From contig JBBTYT010000005.1 in assembly GCA_038061695.1 (NCBI GenBank), forward strand, positions 1 through 61,076: 61,076 nucleotides of DNA, in the 5' to 3' direction. Positions within the stretch are counted from its first letter, which is position 1, and each line of letters begins with the position of its first letter. The position numbers were made by a program, and so were the translations under genes. Of this stretch, positions 46,762 through 55,606 are shown piece after piece. The DNA comes from Patescibacteria group bacterium (GTDB lineage Bacteria > Patescibacteriota > Minisyncoccia > GWC2-36-17 > M10-OD1-4). The notes under the pieces are model-generated. The model did no database searches. It saw only the letters and a list, made by a program, of their open reading frames with translations, and was not told the DNA's origin.

Positions 46762-47892
46762 ATGACAAAAAAAAGTAAAATTTCATTAGTTATCATAATT
46801 ATAATCCTTATCGTTGGGTCTGTTTTTGCTTACTACCTCCTTGTAGTCGGTAAAAAACCAACTATCATAAAGGAGAAGGATACTCCTAATAAAGAAATCA
46901 TAATATCAACAACAGAAAAATCAAGCAAATTAGTTCAAATAACTGATGAAAATGTTGTATCACCGGCAATAAATGAGGAAAAAAAGAGAATAAGATATAT
47001 AACAAAAAATGATGGTGTTTTGTATCAATCCGACTTGAAAGGGGAGAATAAAATAAAAATACCATTCGTAAGCTTAGGCGGTATTATAAAAATTATCTGG
47101 ACGGAAGATCAAGAAAAATTCATCAATATCTATTCAGATTCTTTTGGTGTCAAAAGCTTCTTTTATGATTTAGCGTCAAAACAAGCCGTGCCTTTAAATA
47201 AAAATATAACTTGGCTTGATTATTCAAAAAATACAGATAAAATATTTTATCACTACTACGACTCCTCGCAAAGCATAAATTCAATTGCTACTTCAAATTC
47301 AGATGGTTCTCTTTCAAAAAGTATAATCAATACAAGATTACAGGATGTTAGACTTCAATGGATAACAGATAAAAAAATTGCAATATCCACAGCGCCTTCA
47401 GGACTTGCGCAAAATATACTTTATACCTTAAATCCTGAATCTCCAAAATTTATTAAAATATTAAGTGGCATTTACGGATTAACACATAAGTGGTCTTCCG
47501 ACGGCTCCAAGTTCGCCTTCTCTCAAACAGATAAAGATGGCGCTAGTCTAACATTAAATATATCAAACGAAAGTGGACTTGAGATATCAAACACTAGAAT
47601 AATAACATTGCCTGAAAAATGCGTATTTATGAAAGATAATATATCTCTTTTATGCGCAGAAATGTTAAGTGTGCCGGAAAATGCAATAATGCCTGATGAT
47701 TATTACAAAAAAACATTCATCGCAAATAATAGACTATGGAAATTAAATACCGAAACAAATAAAAAAGATATCATCTACGATTTTAATGAAGACATTAATT
47801 TTGATCTTGACAATCTCACCCTCACAAACGACGAAAAATACTTATATTTTACAAATAGAGCAAATGGATTTCTTTATAGATTAGAACTCTAG
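46762..47892 (+). CDS. membrane-anchored TolB-like beta-propeller protein
   Basis: N-terminal TM, then repeated PD40-like segments (NDGVLYQSDLKGEN, SNSDGSLSKSI, SSDGSKFAFSQTDKDG). Confidence 0.5.
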   Translation: MTKKSKISLVIIIIILIVGSVFAYYLLVVGKKPTIIKEKDTPNKEIIISTTEKSSKLVQITDENVVSPAINEEKKRIRYITKNDGVLYQSDLKGENKIKIPFVSLGGIIKIIWTEDQEKFINIYSDSFGVKSFFYDLASKQAVPLNKNITWLDYSKNTDKIFYHYYDSSQSINSIATSNSDGSLSKSIINTRLQDVRLQWITDKKIAISTAPSGLAQNILYTLNPESPKFIKILSGIYGLTHKWSSDGSKFAFSQTDKDGASLTLNISNESGLEISNTRIITLPEKCVFMKDNISLLCAEMLSVPENAIMPDDYYKKTFIANNRLWKLNTETNKKDIIYDFNEDINFDLDNLTLTNDEKYLYFTNRANGFLYRLEL

Positions 47893-49151
47893 AATTTACT
47901 TGACCTGCTGTTTAATAACTCTGATTTAAGAATTAAAACTACTCCTAAAAACAGGAAGAATGTTAATGCAAGATCATTTTTCCAAAATGGCGTATCAACG
48001 ATACCGTGAATAGAAAAATATATAAAAAATGAAGAGACAAACAATCCTACGCTTGCCGTGAAAGATGGTTGACTCCGCCTGACAAGCTTTATAGAATCAG
48101 AAAATACAGATATTAATATAATTAAAAAACCCGCTAACCCAAATATTCCGTTTTGGATCCAAAACGCAAGAAATATATTGTGAGGATAAGGAACAGCCCA
48201 CTCAAGATATGGCTCTTTAAATTTATTCTGATAATTAAGATAATATTCCTGAAACATTCCCGGACCAATACCAAAGATATAATTATCCTTGAGTATCAAG
48301 AGAGATGATTCAAAAATCATCTCTCTTGAAGCAATCGATGATCTTTGATCATTAAAAATAATATCTTGTGTTTTTTTATCTCCTAATTGAAAATAAAATA
48401 TTATTAAAGATAATATTAAAATCATCAAAGAGAGCATTATCTTAAATTTAGTGGACTTTAAACTTAAAGAGATTGAGAAGAAAATAGCGATAAAAAGCCC
48501 TAAAATTGCACCGTAAGAATATGTCAAGATAAAAGGAATAAATACAATAATTAAAGAACCAAGGAGAAATAAGTTGAGCCTCTTATATTTTTTACTATTA
48601 AGAAGAATGGAAATGATAGCTAAAATAACTGGAGCGAGTGTCATCGCTAGAAAATTAGGAGAGTTAAAGAAGGACTCCAGGCGATTATCATAAGTTACTT
48701 TTCCTAATAAAAGATAAACTATTGAGATAATTGAAATAAAAATACCTGAGAATACGAATGATAAAATAAAATATTTTATCCTATTTTCTGAAACAATAGA
48801 TATAAAAATAATAAATAATAATAGAGGATCTATAAAATAGGCTTTAAATATTCCAAAAGAAATTCTTGTATCGCTGGAAAACATAGATGAAACGAAAGCT
48901 CCTATAATAAAAATTGAAATCCCAAAGAACAGAGGCTTATTCTGATAAAAGATTTCTCTTATTTTCCCTAACTTTTCTTTTTTATTATCAATGAATATTA
49001 AAATAATATATAAAGATAAAGTAAAGTAGATGCAAAGCTCTATAAAAGTCGTTGGTATATTAAAAATTTCAAACCTCAATAAATAAGTTTGGAAAATAAA
49101 AACTATCATAAGAAGCAAAAAATATATAATTTTATCTAAAAAATTTATCAT
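47889..49151 (-). CDS. O-antigen ligase (Wzy_C/WaaL-like) family membrane protein
   Basis: At least 10 TM helices. Loop motif PYPHNIFLAFWIQNGIFGLAGFLI. Confidence 0.75.
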   Translation of the reverse strand: MINFLDKIIYFLLLMIVFIFQTYLLRFEIFNIPTTFIELCIYFTLSLYIILIFIDNKKEKLGKIREIFYQNKPLFFGISIFIIGAFVSSMFSSDTRISFGIFKAYFIDPLLLFIIFISIVSENRIKYFILSFVFSGIFISIISIVYLLLGKVTYDNRLESFFNSPNFLAMTLAPVILAIISILLNSKKYKRLNLFLLGSLIIVFIPFILTYSYGAILGLFIAIFFSISLSLKSTKFKIMLSLMILILSLIIFYFQLGDKKTQDIIFNDQRSSIASREMIFESSLLILKDNYIFGIGPGMFQEYYLNYQNKFKEPYLEWAVPYPHNIFLAFWIQNGIFGLAGFLIILISVFSDSIKLVRRSQPSFTASVGLFVSSFFIYFSIHGIVDTPFWKNDLALTFFLFLGVVLILKSELLNSRSSKF

Positions 49152-49168
49152 AGTTTTGCAGTCATATT

Positions 49169-50479
49169 CTACTTAATAACTTGCCCATTTATTTTGTCTT
49201 TTAAAATTAAAGATAGGGCAAGAACAAAACAGAGCGATGTAAAAACCTGAAGAGAAAATATTGATGTCTCAAAAAAAGAATGTATCAAAAACCAAACTAA
49301 AGACCAGATAATCCCAAATCTTAAAAAATTAAAATGATCTTTTTTGTAAGATAGAAAAATAAAGGAATATATAAAAAATCCTATGAAAAGCAAAAACCCA
49401 ATCAATCCGAGCTCTGATAAAATATCAAGATAAGTATTGTGCGCGTTGATAGGAGACTTAACTGATGTCGTAGGATCAAAAAATATTGGCAGATTTCCTA
49501 ACCCAACACCAAAAATAGGGTTATCTAAAAATATATCTATGGAAGTTTTCCAGATTTGAATTCTTCCTGTATTTGATATATCTGACAATGAGAATGATGA
49601 TGAAAATCTCTCTCCAAAAACAGAGTTTGAAAATGATAAAAGGAGCATTACAACAACTACTGGCGTAAAAAGAAAAAATTTCTTATTTAATTTAATCTTA
49701 AAATAAAAAAAATATAAACCAATAATAAATATCAGGGAAAGAATAAGACCGAAATAAGCGCCTCGTGAAAAAGTAAATAATAAAGCAAGCAACATTACCA
49801 ATATACTTAAAATATAAAAAAACTTTTTCTTTCTATTATTGTAGAAAAAAAATCCTATAGTAAATGGTATAAGAATTCCGAGATAAAGTGCGAATGTATG
49901 GGGATCAGGAAATAAAGAAATTGCCCTAAAATAATCTTTCCCTCCAATATTTACAAACCAACTTTGATTCTGCACTACAACAGAGCCAAAATTCTGACCA
50001 TATATAAACATAGCAACATTATAAGTCCAGAAGTTATATATACTATCTAACTTAAAGATAAATTGGCTTAAAAACTGAAAAATCCCTATTAGAGAGGCTA
50101 AAAAGCCTCCGAGTATGAAAAATTTTGATGCTTTATTCAGCTTTTCTTTTGAATTTATGAAAAAAATGATAAGGAAATAAATGGGAAATAATGTTGCAAA
50201 AAATAAGAATTTCCTTATACTCCACACTGGATTAATCGCCCAGAAAGATGACATAAGTGTGAATAAGAAAAACGCTATAAAAAATAATACCTGCTTATTT
50301 TTAAACTTATTTAAAGATACTGGAATATTGTTATATAAGACATAAAAGATAAAAAAAATAAATATAAAAGATATGAGGACTCTTAAAAAAGCTATATCCA
50401 CATCCATCTGCGGATTAAGAGCAAACGAGAATGGAATAAAAAATAATATAAAATATATAATCTTCTCAAAATATATCAT
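49169..50479 (-). CDS. O-antigen ligase (Wzy_C/WaaL-like) family membrane protein, paralog
   Basis: TFSRGAY...NAHNTYLDILSELGLIGFLLFIGFF, polytopic. Confidence 0.8.
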   Translation of the reverse strand: MIYFEKIIYFILFFIPFSFALNPQMDVDIAFLRVLISFIFIFFIFYVLYNNIPVSLNKFKNKQVLFFIAFFLFTLMSSFWAINPVWSIRKFLFFATLFPIYFLIIFFINSKEKLNKASKFFILGGFLASLIGIFQFLSQFIFKLDSIYNFWTYNVAMFIYGQNFGSVVVQNQSWFVNIGGKDYFRAISLFPDPHTFALYLGILIPFTIGFFFYNNRKKKFFYILSILVMLLALLFTFSRGAYFGLILSLIFIIGLYFFYFKIKLNKKFFLFTPVVVVMLLLSFSNSVFGERFSSSFSLSDISNTGRIQIWKTSIDIFLDNPIFGVGLGNLPIFFDPTTSVKSPINAHNTYLDILSELGLIGFLLFIGFFIYSFIFLSYKKDHFNFLRFGIIWSLVWFLIHSFFETSIFSLQVFTSLCFVLALSLILKDKINGQVIK

Positions 50480-50507
50480 AGGAATATTTAGGCTATCGCC
50501 TTACTAT

Positions 50508-51992
50508 CTATTTTTTAAAAAATAGGAGAAAATCATCTTTCGATATTCCCCTCACAATGTACATCACGCTAAAATAAACAAAAAGACCGACAAAAAATAG
50601 AATAATAATATTTTGAACCGGGAACAAAAACAAAGCAAGCGTCATAAGTAGAGAGGAGATAGTGGCTTTAAATAAGACCATAACTTTTGGAATATATTTT
50701 ATAGACCTGTAAATTATAAAAAACATCAGGATTGTTGCCAGAAACTCTGTTATAACATTAACAAATGATGCTCCAATATATGAATATTTATTAATAAAAT
50801 ATATATTTGCGGAGATATTGAAAATAGCAGAAATTCCATAAGCAAACATAACTTGTTTTTGTTTATTTATAGCTATAATTGTACTGCCGAACAATGCTCC
50901 TAGAAATATAAAGAAAATTGAAAAAATTAATACTCTTAACGTTAAAACAGACTCTTCAAAACCACTTCCCCCTATAATATTTATAATCTCCGGCGCAAGA
51001 TAAAAAGCTCCGCATATTATCGGTATAGAAATAATATTTAAAAAATCAAATGCTTTTTGAAATACTTTTTTGAAATTATCTGTGTTCAAGATAAAGTAAT
51101 TTGACAAAAGAGGCATCACTAGACCAACAAACATCGCCGGAAAAAATATAATATTTTCTATCACCTTATAAGCTATATTATAAATTCCGACATCCTTAGC
51201 ATCTTTTAAAAAAGAGATGATTAGCGTATCGCCTTTAAAATATATGAGAACTAAAATGGATGATACCGCAAGCGGCCAACTCTCTCTTAGAATATTATAA
51301 ATAGCTAATCTATTAAATAAAAAAGAGAAGGAAACATACCGCTTTGTAAAAATATAAACAAATATAAAATTGACGAATGCGCCAATGACAAAAATCAATA
51401 AAAAATCTAAAAAGCTTGATTCTCTCTGGTATAAATAGACAACCAAAACAAGTTGAATGATTCTTGCAGAGATATCGGCGATTGCCGGCAAAAGCGTTTT
51501 TAAATACTTTTGAAATATACCCATCAATACCTGCGACAAAGACAAAAAAACAAAACCAAGAGAAGCTGTCATGATTCCTAATTTTATCTGATTAGGATAA
51601 ACCGGTATAAAATAAACTACAATAAAAGATATTGTATAAAAGAAGAAAAGTAATAAGACTCTTGTTGTAAATATATACGAAACAATCCTATGCTCAGCGA
51701 CATCATCTTTTGATATTTCTCTGGTTAATATTTGATATAAACCAAAATCAGCAAAAACAGAGAATATATATAAAAAGGCTATTGCTGTATTATAACTACC
51801 AAATCCATCCGGACCAAGCTCTCTTGCAATAAAGGCAATTGAGATAAGACCTATTAAGCTTGATATTATTTTGCCTAAAAAAGAAATTATCGTGTTTTTC
51901 GCGACCTGTTGTTTGAGGATACTCTGTTCAGATATACTTTTGGAATAAGTTCTAAACATTTTCTGTTCTGTAAATAATATTCTCGGATCCAA
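50508..51992 (-). CDS. Wzx-like polysaccharide/oligosaccharide flippase (MOP superfamily)
   Basis: About 14 TM helices. The N-terminal KNTIISFLGKIISSLIGLISIAFIAR.LGPDGFG pattern is typical of Wzx. The start may be M12 (ATG at 51959). Confidence 0.8.
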   Translation of the reverse strand: MDPRILFTEQKMFRTYSKSISEQSILKQQVAKNTIISFLGKIISSLIGLISIAFIARELGPDGFGSYNTAIAFLYIFSVFADFGLYQILTREISKDDVAEHRIVSYIFTTRVLLLFFFYTISFIVVYFIPVYPNQIKLGIMTASLGFVFLSLSQVLMGIFQKYLKTLLPAIADISARIIQLVLVVYLYQRESSFLDFLLIFVIGAFVNFIFVYIFTKRYVSFSFLFNRLAIYNILRESWPLAVSSILVLIYFKGDTLIISFLKDAKDVGIYNIAYKVIENIIFFPAMFVGLVMPLLSNYFILNTDNFKKVFQKAFDFLNIISIPIICGAFYLAPEIINIIGGSGFEESVLTLRVLIFSIFFIFLGALFGSTIIAINKQKQVMFAYGISAIFNISANIYFINKYSYIGASFVNVITEFLATILMFFIIYRSIKYIPKVMVLFKATISSLLMTLALFLFPVQNIIILFFVGLFVYFSVMYIVRGISKDDFLLFFKK

Positions 51993-52233
51993 TATTGATA
52001 GATGTTTCAGAAACTATAATTTTCTTATTTTCTATTCTTAAGATTTGAGATTTATCTATGATAAGAGATTTGCCAAAAAAAATAAATAAAAATCTTCTTC
52101 TAACGTAAATTTTTTTAAACTCGCCATTGTTTTCGTCTTTTTCAACAAATGAAACAACTCCGAGACCATAACCGCTCTCTGTATAAACAGATAATCCTAT
52201 TAAACTATTTTTCCTCTTTTTTTGAAAATACAT
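51952..52233 (-). CDS. small PRC-barrel-like hypothetical protein
   Basis: LIGLSVYTESGYGLGVVSFVEKDENNGEFKKIYV resembles the PRC-barrel/YlmC pattern. I chose the start at M21 of the track ORF. It still overlaps the yidC 3' end by 29 nt. Confidence 0.4.
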   Translation of the reverse strand: MYFQKKRKNSLIGLSVYTESGYGLGVVSFVEKDENNGEFKKIYVRRRFLFIFFGKSLIIDKSQILRIENKKIIVSETSINIGSENIIYRTENV

Positions 52234-52936
52234 ACCATTGTTGGAAGATAGAAAATAAAGTCGTCGTAATCCAATAAAGGGCAAGTCCCGCATGCAATGA
52301 TGAAGCTATTATAACTGTCATTACAGGCATAACATAAGTCATCTGCTTTGAAATTGATATTGATATATCATCCATTGGATTTTTTGACTTATTCTTAATG
52401 CCAATTCTTGCCTTTAACTGTTGCTTTAAGACCATCTTTGATTGATAAAATTGAAATATACCGGCAATTAAAGCAATATAAAAATTCTTTTCGGATATAT
52501 TTATAAATCCAAGAAATGTATAATTTATCTCTCCAGGGTTTTTAATAAAAGAATAAAGATTGTTGAGATTTTCAGAATCAAAACCAGACATAAAAACCCA
52601 ATAAAGCGCTATTAATATCGGTAGTTGAACAAGGATTGGTAAACATCCAGAAAATGGATTTACCTTTTTCTCTTTATACAATGCCATAACCATCTTTACT
52701 TGCTCCTCTTTTTTATCCTTATACTTTTCTTGTATTGCTTTAATTTCGGGTTGTATCGCAAACATCTCCTTCTGAGACCTTATCGCTTTCTGTGATAGGG
52801 GATATAAAGCAAATCTTATTATTATGGTAAGAATTATTATGGCAAGCCCCAAATCAAAAAAGGCCACTGTTTCATAAAGAAAAATCAGGATATTGAATAG
52901 CGGTTTGAATAAAATTTCATGAAAAAATGAAGTCAT
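52205..52936 (-). CDS. yidC: membrane protein insertase YidC (short Oxa1-type)
   Basis: IIRFALYPLSQKAIRSQKEM...NPFSGCLPILVQLPILIALYWV. Confidence 0.93.
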   Translation of the reverse strand: MTSFFHEILFKPLFNILIFLYETVAFFDLGLAIIILTIIIRFALYPLSQKAIRSQKEMFAIQPEIKAIQEKYKDKKEEQVKMVMALYKEKKVNPFSGCLPILVQLPILIALYWVFMSGFDSENLNNLYSFIKNPGEINYTFLGFINISEKNFYIALIAGIFQFYQSKMVLKQQLKARIGIKNKSKNPMDDISISISKQMTYVMPVMTVIIASSLHAGLALYWITTTLFSIFQQWYVFSKKEEK

Positions 52937-52938
52937 TA

Positions 52939-53172
52939 CTATTTTAGAGGATCATAGCCACCCTCATTCCAAGGATGACACCTTTTAATCCTATTTAAGC
53001 CGAATATTAAACCTTTTAAAAAACCATACTTCTTAATAGCATAATAACAATATCCTGAGCAAGTCGGATAAAATCTACACTTGTAAAATGTTAGATAATT
53101 TTTCAATATACCGTGGTCAGGAGATAGCGTTTTTTGATATGCTCTTATCAAAAATAAAGCTAAGTATTTCAT
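52939..53172 (-). CDS. yidD: membrane protein insertion efficiency factor YidD
   Basis: [44 protein letters not shown]. Confidence 0.9.
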   Translation of the reverse strand: MKYLALFLIRAYQKTLSPDHGILKNYLTFYKCRFYPTCSGYCYYAIKKYGFLKGLIFGLNRIKRCHPWNEGGYDPLK

Positions 53173-53173
53173 A

Positions 53174-53512
53174 TTATAGCAGATTTCTCTCCTTAAGAGA
53201 ATTTAATATATTATTTTCTAATTCAGAGTACTCTACACCACACGCCTCTTTTTTTATAACAAAAATAATATCAAACCCTGATCTTATATTGTCAATATTA
53301 AGCCTTATAATCTCACTCGCTCTTCTTCTAATCTTATTTCTATCAACAGCCTTTTTTGACACTTTAGCACTAATAACAAAGCCAAATCTGCTGTTTGTTA
53401 GATTATTTTTTTTATACCTAAGCAAAAAGAGTTGATTTCTTAAAAACCCACTCTTTTTGAAAATAATTTCAAAGTCCTTATTTTTTATTATTCTGTAAGA
53501 CTTTTTAAGCAA
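53174..53512 (-). CDS. rnpA: ribonuclease P protein component
   Basis: [13 protein letters not shown]...[23 protein letters not shown]. Canonical position between rpmH and yidD. TTG start. Confidence 0.88.
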   Translation of the reverse strand: MLKKSYRIIKNKDFEIIFKKSGFLRNQLFLLRYKKNNLTNSRFGFVISAKVSKKAVDRNKIRRRASEIIRLNIDNIRSGFDIIFVIKKEACGVEYSELENNILNSLKERNLL

Positions 53513-53542
53513 GTTAAAGAAATTACATAGGACTATACTGGG

Positions 53543-53692
53543 CTACTTTTTGTAAGCTTTTACAGCAACCTCTAATCTACCCTTCCTTCTTCTTTGGGTT
53601 AGAACTTTCTTGCCACTCTTACTCTTTGATCTGATTAAGAATCCGTGAGTTTTAGCTCTTTTCCTTCTTTTTGGCTTATATGTGATTGACAT
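53543..53692 (-). CDS. rpmH: 50S ribosomal protein L34 (49 aa, below the ORF-track cutoff)
   Basis: My manual translation is [49 protein letters not shown]. The K.KRKR..HGF..R....G.KVL..RR.KGR signature is present. Confidence 0.9.
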   Translation of the reverse strand: MSITYKPKRRKRAKTHGFLIRSKSKSGKKVLTQRRRKGRLEVAVKAYKK

Positions 53693-53845
53693 TTTTCTAT
53701 CTTTATTAATTAGTAAGCATTTAATGATACTTTACCTCTAAATGTATATAAAGTCAATTGTAAAAGCTTTCTTATAATAAAAATGGTATTTTCTAACCTG
53801 TAAAGAGGCTCGATTGAAAAATGTTTTATACAGCTTATAAACAAG

Positions 53846-53916
53846 TTATCAACACAGCTTCTATTCTATTAGTTTTATTGTGGATACTTTGTTTATATTT
53901 ACGACTATGATATACT
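53846..53916. promoter_or_regulatory. DnaA-box-like sites and candidate dnaA promoter
   Basis: TTATCAACA (53846-53854, 8/9) and TGTGGATAC (53879-53887, 8/9, reverse orientation). The second abuts a TTGTTT-16 nt-TATACT promoter-like element (53889-53916). Confidence 0.45.
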
Positions 53917-53954
53917 TTTTAAAGCTTAATCCTTAATTCGAAAATATAAAAATT

Positions 53955-55328
53955 ATGGATCATCAAGAACTATGGCAGTGTGTATTGTCGGAAATAGAAA
54001 TTTCTGTTTCTAAGGCGAATTTTAATACATGGTTTCGTAATACTAGTATTTACGATAGGGATGGAAACACTATCATAGTTTCTGTTCCAAGTTCATTCAC
54101 CAAAGAATGGCTCGAAAGCAAATTTAATAAATTTATATTAAAATCATTGCGAGATTTAAACTCCGAAATAAGGGAGGTTAAATTCATAGTATCAACTAAT
54201 AAAAGTAAACCGAGCCAAAATGACCACGCGACAGCAAAGAGAAAGAAAGAGGCGCCAAAAAACACAGAAAGCCAACTTAAATTAAATGGCTTAAATAAAG
54301 ACTCTGATAATAATTTAAACCAAAAATATACCTTTGATACATTTGTCGTTGGCTCTTCTAATGAACTTGCTCACGCAGCAGCAAAATCAATCACAAAAAA
54401 TCTGGGAATAGTATATAACCCCCTATTCATCTATGGCGGATCAGGGCTTGGCAAAACACATCTAATACAGTCAATTGGCAATGAAGTTTTAAAACAAACT
54501 CCCAATGCTCGCGTTAAATATCTCTCTGCTGAAAAATTTGCCAGTGAACTAGTATCCTCTATTCAATGCGGTGAGATGGAGAAGTTTAAGAACAAATACC
54601 GCCAAATAGATCTTCTCATTATAGATGATATTCAATTTTTATCAGGAAAAGAGAAGACTCAAGAAGAGTTTTTTTATACATTTAATTCATTGTATGAAAA
54701 AAATAAGCAGATAATAATAAGCTCTGATAGACCCCCTAAAGCAATAAAAACTCTTGAGGAAAGATTGAGATCAAGATTTGAAGGTGGGATGATAGCCGAC
54801 ATAAGCTACCCGGATTTTGAAACAAGACTCGCTATTCTAAAATCTAAAATAGCCATTAATAACACATCCCTACCAGAAAATGTAATAAATTATATCGCAG
54901 AAAACTTTAAAAGAAATATAAGAGAGTTGGAAGGAGCTTTAAATAAAGTCATTATACAAGCAACTCTTTTAAATAACACTGAAATTTCTCTTGATTCCAT
55001 TAAAAAAACTCTTTCTCCTGACTCTGATATGCCTAAAAAAATAATAAGTATTAAACAAATAATCAAGGTTGTCTCTGATTTTTATGATGTTGAAGAAAAA
55101 TTACTACTCCAAAGAACAAGAAGACAAGAAATAGTTAAGCCAAGACAAGTAGCTATGTTTTTATTAAGAAACGAATATAAGGCATCTTTCCCAACTATTG
55201 GAAGCAAAATAGGTGGGAGAGACCACACAACAGTAATACATGCTTGTGAAAAAATAGGTAATGAGCTTAAAAATAATAATATGCTAGTTGAAGAAATTAA
55301 TCTTATAAAACAGCGACTATATACTTAG
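53955..55328 (+). CDS. dnaA: chromosomal replication initiator protein DnaA
   Basis: YTFDTFVVGSSNELAHAAA, Walker A GGSGLGKTHL, IDLLIIDDIQFL, and the C-terminal DNA-binding domain (RQVAMFLLR...IGSKIGGRDHTTVIHA). Confidence 0.97.
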   Translation: MDHQELWQCVLSEIEISVSKANFNTWFRNTSIYDRDGNTIIVSVPSSFTKEWLESKFNKFILKSLRDLNSEIREVKFIVSTNKSKPSQNDHATAKRKKEAPKNTESQLKLNGLNKDSDNNLNQKYTFDTFVVGSSNELAHAAAKSITKNLGIVYNPLFIYGGSGLGKTHLIQSIGNEVLKQTPNARVKYLSAEKFASELVSSIQCGEMEKFKNKYRQIDLLIIDDIQFLSGKEKTQEEFFYTFNSLYEKNKQIIISSDRPPKAIKTLEERLRSRFEGGMIADISYPDFETRLAILKSKIAINNTSLPENVINYIAENFKRNIRELEGALNKVIIQATLLNNTEISLDSIKKTLSPDSDMPKKIISIKQIIKVVSDFYDVEEKLLLQRTRRQEIVKPRQVAMFLLRNEYKASFPTIGSKIGGRDHTTVIHACEKIGNELKNNNMLVEEINLIKQRLYT

Positions 55329-55606
55329 GTGTTTACATCTTGTTGATAAACTATTTATATATTCTTAGTAATTTGTTTTTCTACTTGTTTATAAATTATT
55401 ACTAATGTATTTATAAAAAAAGTGTTATTTTAATATAACTTACAGCTAAGTTTAAATTAACAACTTATTTAAGTATTTATACACAATCTTATCCAGATAT
55501 TAAAAAGCTTAAAAATCACTATTTAAAAAGGTAATACACTCTTATCCACAAGAAATTAAGTCTCTAATAATAATAATAAATTATATATTATATAAATAAA
55601 AATATT
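55329..55606. other. candidate oriC (dnaA-dnaN spacer): DnaA boxes plus an AT-rich unwinding tract
   Basis: Perfect TTATCCACA at 55542-55550 and TTATCCAGA at 55489-55497. An almost pure A/T run lies at 55565-55606. Confidence 0.6.

Noticed and set aside
47889-47892. Overlapping convergent stop codons (CTAG) between the propeller gene and the O-antigen ligase gene
   Set aside because: This is a trivial consequence of the palindromic TAG/CTA, not a functional element by itself.
53088-53435. 115-aa plus-strand ORF
   Set aside because: It is antisense to yidD and rnpA, which both carry clear family signatures.
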